A stretch of DNA of 29,847 nt from a virus (taxonomy: Duplodnaviria > Caudoviricetes), in the IMG/VR virus record IMGVR_UViG_3300022752_000280, positions 1 to 29,847 of that record; one strand, 5' to 3'. The first letter of the stretch is position 1, and every line of letters starts with the position of its first letter. The position numbers were made by a program, and so were the translations under genes. This document shows positions 25,770 through 29,847 of the stretch, one piece after another. Under the pieces are notes generated by a model. It saw only the letters and a list, made by a program, of their open reading frames with translations. It was not told where the DNA came from and did no database searches.

Positions 25770-25977
25770 GTTCGGTGGGGGAGCCAACACAATGCCAGTC
25801 TATGAGAGAGGACAGACAGCATCGGGCAATCTACCCCACCGAACTTGGGTACCCAATAAATAGGGTACACCAATCGGGTATAGAACACCCGCTGGGAACG
25901 GAACGGCGCTCAACCAGCGGGTGTTGAACACCCACCGAGGTTTCTTATCCTTGCGGAAGAAAGTCTGTCGGTGGGTG
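25770..25977 (-). ncRNA. Candidate structured non-coding RNA (four consecutive hairpins)
   Basis: Perfect stems 25770-80/25834-44 (11 bp), 25849-54/25863-68, 25884-95/25914-25 (12 bp) and 25929-38/25968-77 (10 bp); GCAA tetraloop on the minus strand. Confidence 0.5.
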
Positions 25978-25985
25978 AACTTTAT

Positions 25986-26447
25986 TTAGTCGAGGCGACT
26001 CTGACCGTAGGCATTGATTCCGTACTTGTTAAGCACTTCAGCAAATGCACTAGCGAAAGCCGCTTTGCGGTCTACGCTCTGTCCGAATTCACGAACCCAG
26101 ATTTCGTAGCCACCGTAGTAGCCCTTGCTACCGATGCCTTGACTCTTGAGCCAATTCACAAACGCACCTCGCGCTGGAGAAATGTTTACCCAAGCAAATC
26201 CGCAAAGACCGTCAAGGATGTAAGTTTTCTTGTTGAAATCAATATCGTTGCCTAGTGGAGTAGTTGGTTCGCCAACTACAAACTTTGGAGTATCTGCATC
26301 TTTGCCAGCCGCGAGACCAGCCTCGTATGCTTCACGATAAATGTTTCGGCATTGAGTTTTTGTAAGTGCCTTTTTCTTCGCTTCTTGCTTGGCGACATAC
26401 GCGCCGATAATACGATTGCTTTCTGCGTGAATATCTACTTGTGTCAT
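25986..26447 (-). CDS. Conserved hypothetical phage protein
   Basis: GLCGFAWV...QSVDRKAAFASAFAEVL...SRLD; GGGAG RBS. Confidence 0.7.
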   Translation of the reverse strand: MTQVDIHAESNRIIGAYVAKQEAKKKALTKTQCRNIYREAYEAGLAAGKDADTPKFVVGEPTTPLGNDIDFNKKTYILDGLCGFAWVNISPARGAFVNWLKSQGIGSKGYYGGYEIWVREFGQSVDRKAAFASAFAEVLNKYGINAYGQSRLD

Positions 26448-26618
26448 TTATTCTTCTCCCTTTTTGATTTTGCCTGAGAACTGGATTTCCTTGATGTAAG
26501 CCCTGTTGTATGCCAAGTAATCTTCGATTTCGCCAATGCTCTCGAACTCAACGACTACTTTGTTGATTTCGCCCCTGCTCCATTGGTTTTCAATCTTCAC
26601 AACTGCTTGAATAGCCAT
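26448..26618 (-). CDS. Small hypothetical protein (56 aa)
   Basis: MAIQAVVKIENQWSRGEINK...KKGEE; GAGAGAGGA RBS; promoter directly upstream. Confidence 0.7.
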   Translation of the reverse strand: MAIQAVVKIENQWSRGEINKVVVEFESIGEIEDYLAYNRAYIKEIQFSGKIKKGEE

Positions 26619-26647
26619 TTCCATTCCTCTCTCTCGGTTACAAGATA

Positions 26648-26676
26648 AGGATACCCTACTGGGGTTTAATAATCAA
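26648..26676 (-). promoter_or_regulatory. Sigma70/SigA-type promoter with conserved spacer
   Basis: TTGATT-attaAACCCCAGTAGGG-TATCCT (17-nt spacer). Confidence 0.75.
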
Positions 26677-26820
26677 ATCCAAACGAGCCTTACGGCGAGC
26701 GTGTCGCTTATCGGCTTCCTCGGATAGATGGCGTTCGCGCTCGCGGGCGCGTATGCGGGCTAGAGAGGCTTCAGAGACCCGTAGAGGCTCTTTTGCCCAT
26801 AGGCGGGATAGAAGTCTCAT
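26656..26820 (-). CDS. Small Arg-rich protein (54 aa)
   Basis: MRLLSRLWAKEPLR...RIRARERERH...; ATGA-coupled to the upstream ORF. Confidence 0.45.
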   Translation of the reverse strand: MRLLSRLWAKEPLRVSEASLARIRARERERHLSEEADKRHARRKARLDLIIKPQ

Positions 26821-26966
26821 CCGAACCACTTCCCGCTCTCAATTGACCCCACAACCCCAAAGACTAGGAAGATTGCAAGGAATACCCCAAAGGCATCAAG
26901 CCACTCTGAGACCTTATGACCGCGCTCTGTCACGCGACCATGCTTTGATAGATATTTAGCCAACAT
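26817..26966 (-). CDS. Small membrane protein (49 aa)
   Basis: MLAKYLSKHGR...AFGVFLAIFLVFGVVGSIE; AAGGAG RBS. Confidence 0.6.
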   Translation of the reverse strand: MLAKYLSKHGRVTERGHKVSEWLDAFGVFLAIFLVFGVVGSIESGKWFG

Positions 26967-27096
26967 GATTTCTCTCCTTTTCTGGTCGAATTAAACCAAC
27001 TGCAACGAGTGAGGCATCTGCCTCGCATCGAAAGCAATAGGGCTTGCCTTTAACGAAAGTAATTCGGAACTCCGAATTGCAGGTATAACATTTCAT
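26956..27096 (-). CDS. Small zinc-finger protein (46 aa)
   Basis: MKCYTC...YCFRCE (two CxxC); ATGA-coupled; GAGG RBS. Confidence 0.6.
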   Translation of the reverse strand: MKCYTCNSEFRITFVKGKPYCFRCEADASLVAVGLIRPEKERNHVG

Positions 27097-27746
27097 TTCT
27101 TTACCTCACATATCACTTCAGATTCACCGCGACCCGTTAAGACCGCAATGATGTCTGACTTTGGAATTTCTCTCTCTAAGATAATTCCTTCTTTGCCAAA
27201 TCTGTTAGCAAAGAATTCTGCCTTGGATTTATTTAGTGTCCATGAAAGTCCATCCTCATTAAGACCCTTAACGCATCCACGGTAAATGGTAACCAACTCT
27301 GGTAGTGAATTCAATAACTGAAACTCCGATTCATCCATTAAATAATGGCGCTCGGGGCGATTCGATGAGAGCAACTCTTTCCATTGCTCAAGGTTCTGCC
27401 ATTGATTTTCGGTATCTGTCCAGATGCTAGAAAGAAGTGACCAGTATTTTGTATCTGGCAACTGCTTAGCAATCTGAATAAATGCTTGAAGGCGATATGG
27501 GCGTTCATGCAAGTAGATAACTCGGCTGAAATTCTTTTCTGCGAGCGCTATCTCTAAATCTCTTTTCTTCTGGAGATAGTAAGCGTTGGCGCTACCGTTT
27601 GACCATAGTGGAACTTGATATACCAATGGGTGACGGACTTGAGCGCCTAACGCTCCATCTGCCTCAAAATATGGAACTAGGTCGGGATGAAGTGGCTCGC
27701 TAGTTTCTTTTAGCAAGCGCTGGAAAAGTTCTTCTGTTTGACTCAT
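27093..27746 (-). CDS. Hypothetical protein with a possible ART-like C-terminal domain
   Basis: TIYRG, GLSWTL, GRGESEVI resemble an R-S-E triad. Confidence 0.5.
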   Translation of the reverse strand: MSQTEELFQRLLKETSEPLHPDLVPYFEADGALGAQVRHPLVYQVPLWSNGSANAYYLQKKRDLEIALAEKNFSRVIYLHERPYRLQAFIQIAKQLPDTKYWSLLSSIWTDTENQWQNLEQWKELLSSNRPERHYLMDESEFQLLNSLPELVTIYRGCVKGLNEDGLSWTLNKSKAEFFANRFGKEGIILEREIPKSDIIAVLTGRGESEVICEVKK

Positions 27747-28591
27747 TAGTATCCTCTCTTTGCATACTTCTTGATGAGGATTGCTTCTTGCTCCTCATAA
27801 GTAATGTCATGCTTTTGAGCCAAGTTGAAACAAATCAACTGAGCAATCTCTCCAGCAAAAGCCCTACGGTCTTTTTGGTGCTGGATGCTTTCCTCTGTGT
27901 GTGGTGTGCCATCGTAATATTCTGTAACGATTTCGCGTTGTGAATCTGCGTACTGGCTGTACCACTCTGTAATCGCTGAACGCTCTGTCTTGATTTCTCT
28001 TGTCCACTTGCCTTCTTTGTAAGTCAAAGGCTGACCTGATGCTGTTGGAGCATTAGCCTTTTCCTTAGCGATGCGCTCTGCCTTCTTTGCTTCACGCTCT
28101 GCCTTTGCTTGAGCCTTGGCAATCTTGTCGGCTGTCACGATTCGTGATGGGCGATTCAAGACCTCTGCTGGAGCAGATGGATAACAAACTGTGCAAGCAT
28201 CTTGACCAGCATCTTCAACGATTGTGTTCTCATCGTCATTGCTGTACTGAACCAACCATTGAAAGCGAGTTGTATCAAAGCAAGTTGAGCAATCTTGTGA
28301 TTTGTGAACATGACCATTGCTTGCAAGAACTAAGAACGCTCTTGTCCATGGGTCGCGGTCATAAATCTCATTGAGGTCAAGAATCTGGCAACCTACTTCA
28401 AAAATCTTTTTTCTTGCAGATTCAATCTTGCCTTCTTGCTTTGCAATTTCCTCAATACGAGTTGGGTAATGCTTTTCGTAAAACTCTTTTGTATCAATTG
28501 CACTTTCTAAATCAAACAATAAATTGAAACGCTTGTAATGCAATTCGGATAACTCTGTATCAATCTTGACTGCGAACTCTTTGGTGACCAT
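27746..28591 (-). CDS. Hypothetical protein with a His/Cys metal-binding motif
   Basis: GHVHKSQDCSTC...ACTVCYPSAP; start re-called to ATG 28591 after GAGAGAGGA. Confidence 0.7.
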   Translation of the reverse strand: MVTKEFAVKIDTELSELHYKRFNLLFDLESAIDTKEFYEKHYPTRIEEIAKQEGKIESARKKIFEVGCQILDLNEIYDRDPWTRAFLVLASNGHVHKSQDCSTCFDTTRFQWLVQYSNDDENTIVEDAGQDACTVCYPSAPAEVLNRPSRIVTADKIAKAQAKAEREAKKAERIAKEKANAPTASGQPLTYKEGKWTREIKTERSAITEWYSQYADSQREIVTEYYDGTPHTEESIQHQKDRRAFAGEIAQLICFNLAQKHDITYEEQEAILIKKYAKRGY

Positions 28592-28614
28592 CTTTGTCCT
28601 CTCTCTCACTTCCA

Positions 28615-28643
28615 AAGATACCCTACTGGGGTTAGATATGCAA
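28615..28643 (-). promoter_or_regulatory. Sigma70/SigA-type promoter with conserved spacer
   Basis: TTGCAT-atctAACCCCAGTAGGG-TATCTT; 17 bp identical to 26650..26666. Confidence 0.75.
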
Positions 28644-28709
28644 ACCCATTCCAGCCTCCAAATCTCGGCGTGTCTGGTCGAACTTCCCGCTTGAGCCTGT
28701 TTATTCTGG

Positions 28710-28738
28710 ATGAATACCCAACCCGAGTATGGTAAAAT
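28710..28738 (+). promoter_or_regulatory. Divergent promoter with a related spacer motif
   Basis: ATGAAT-acccAACCCGAGTATGG-TAAAAT; extended -10. Confidence 0.6.
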
Positions 28739-28758
28739 GGGATATGAGAGGGGGCAAG

Positions 28759-29283
28759 ATGCCTAAAGTCAAAGACCAAGCGGGGAAACTCTATGTCGCT
28801 GAAACCATCAGCGGAATCAAGCAACATCATGGAACTCTGACCTTGAAAGAATGTCAGGCGTTCACCGATAAAGTCATAGCCCGTAAATATGTAAAAGATA
28901 ACTACGGGTCAATTCCATCAATCCTTGTTTTAGATGGTCGAGGTCGGCGCAAAGCCTGTGCGACTTTCTATTATGGAAGGCGAGCAATCAAACTGCCAAA
29001 GTGGGCAAGAAACGAATATGTAATTCTCCATGAGGTAGCCCATCACTTAACTCGACTTGATGGACACAAAGCCGAATTTGCATCATGTCTGTTGGATTTA
29101 GTCAGACACTTCTTAGGCAAGGAATCTGCCGAGGCTTTGCAAGGTGCCTATCACTTCAAGGGTGTAAAGGTGCAAGGCAAGAATGGTCCCGTCAAAGCCC
29201 GTTGCCCAGAATCAAGAAAGCAATGGGTCATTGACGAGAAAGCCAGACTTGTCGAACTGAAAGAAAGACTAAAAGCCGCTTAG
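28759..29283 (+). CDS. HEXXH metallopeptidase-like protein (SprT/TIGR04338-like)
   Basis: IKLPKWARNEYVILHEVAHH...GHKAEFA; start re-called to ATG 28759 after GAGAGGGGG. Confidence 0.75.
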   Translation: MPKVKDQAGKLYVAETISGIKQHHGTLTLKECQAFTDKVIARKYVKDNYGSIPSILVLDGRGRRKACATFYYGRRAIKLPKWARNEYVILHEVAHHLTRLDGHKAEFASCLLDLVRHFLGKESAEALQGAYHFKGVKVQGKNGPVKARCPESRKQWVIDEKARLVELKERLKAA

Positions 29284-29510
29284 CCTTTCTTCTTGTCTAC
29301 CTTGCTGAAGGCTTCATTGATTTCTGTGGTGGTTAGTTTTCCATCATCAAGAAATGAGCGAGCCATAGATTCAACCACGGTTGCAACTCCAAGCAAGCCA
29401 GCCATTAGTGCGGCGGTCAATGGTTCAAGACCAAAGAGCGAACCCGCTCCAATAACCGATAGACCAGATGCCGCGAATACAGAAAGAATTCGCATTACTA
29501 CATTTTTCAT
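29280..29510 (-). CDS. Holin-like membrane protein
   Basis: Two hydrophobic segments and a charged tail DDGKLTTTEINEAF. Confidence 0.55.
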   Translation of the reverse strand: MKNVVMRILSVFAASGLSVIGAGSLFGLEPLTAALMAGLLGVATVVESMARSFLDDGKLTTTEINEAFSKVDKKKG

Positions 29511-29620
29511 TTGTCATCCTTTGTTAGTCGTTCGATAATTTCTGCGGATAGCCAAGCAAATGCCCATAGAACTGCCAAGGTTTCACAGACCATGAGACCT
29601 AATTTCAATGTTGGGTTCAT
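29507..29620 (-). CDS. Small membrane protein (37 aa)
   Basis: MNPTLKLGLMVCETLAVLWAFAWLSAEIIERLTKDDK; ATGA overlaps at both ends. Confidence 0.55.
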   Translation of the reverse strand: MNPTLKLGLMVCETLAVLWAFAWLSAEIIERLTKDDK

Positions 29621-29790
29621 TCTTCATCCTTATTTCTACGAAGTGGATAAGTCAGAATCCAGATGCCGAGGCACCAGACAGTCGCGTATGCAACTGCCGA
29701 TTTAGCAGACCCATCAATCGTTACCCATGCAATGAAAAATCCCAGCATGGTAAATAACTGACCGAGGAGGTCATTGAAGAAGTTCTTCAT
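29617..29790 (-). CDS. Small two-helix membrane protein (57 aa)
   Basis: MKNFFNDLLGQLFTMLGFFIAWVTIDGSAK...WILTYPLRR; AAGGAG RBS. Confidence 0.65.
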   Translation of the reverse strand: MKNFFNDLLGQLFTMLGFFIAWVTIDGSAKSAVAYATVWCLGIWILTYPLRRNKDEE

Positions 29791-29847
29791 TTACATTCTC
29801 CTTATAGATAGTGATGCAATTGCTCCCACGATGACCGAGGCAACAAC
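29791..29847 (-). CDS. C-terminal fragment of a membrane-anchored protein
   Basis: Reads VVASVIVGAIASLSIRRM-stop at the window edge. Confidence 0.4.
   Translation of the reverse strand, partial: VVASVIVGAIASLSIRRM

Noticed and set aside
25605-25977. tRNA or c-di-AMP (ydaO) riboswitch
   Set aside because: No cloverleaf with a T-loop and acceptor stem, and no ydaO consensus, could be built by eye; kept only as unassigned structured RNA.
1659-26959. Plus-strand and alternate-frame ORFs in the track (e.g. 9079..9522, 9765..10205, 13371..13754, 24866..25345, 26753..26959)
   Set aside because: They are shadows of well-supported minus-strand genes and show no recognisable motifs.
29511-29705. 64-aa plus-strand ORF
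   Set aside because: It is antisense to two ATGA-coupled small membrane-protein genes.
1-29847. Stop-codon reassignment or integrase/prophage boundary
   Set aside because: Genes tile densely under the standard code using all three stops; no integrase, att-like site or host genes are seen.

Overview
A 29.8-kb fragment of a tailed dsDNA phage genome, almost all on the minus strand. The host is probably an actinobacterium, inferred from two WhiB-like genes, an actinobacterial-type SSB and transglycosylase, and several apparently leaderless genes. In transcription order (right to left): small membrane/holin-like genes; early accessory genes with shared promoters; a structured non-coding region; transglycosylase, WhiB x2 and SSB; portal; MuF; a ~10-kb insert; XkdF-like prohead protease, scaffold, decoration protein and major capsid protein; a fibre/appendage cluster; head-tail connector, stopper, gp10-like and tail terminator. 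The standout is the insert (10687-20803). Seven ORFs carry ten copies of the peptide [hydrophobic]-x-K-H-x(2-4)-H-D-Q-x-[TS]-H-G-x-W-A, and each copy directly precedes a separate domain: a HEXXH metallopeptidase, a DUF3626-like domain, two ADP-ribosyltransferases, a GNAT, a ParB-like domain, a RelA/SpoT-like nucleotidyltransferase and others. I infer a tag-addressed, protease-released capsid cargo of effectors. Candidate immunity partners appear as N-terminal extensions of the next gene (one fused to the prohead protease with its own internal promoter), as a free small ORF, or nested out of frame inside a polyprotein linker. All family names come from motif recognition by eye; no searches were run.
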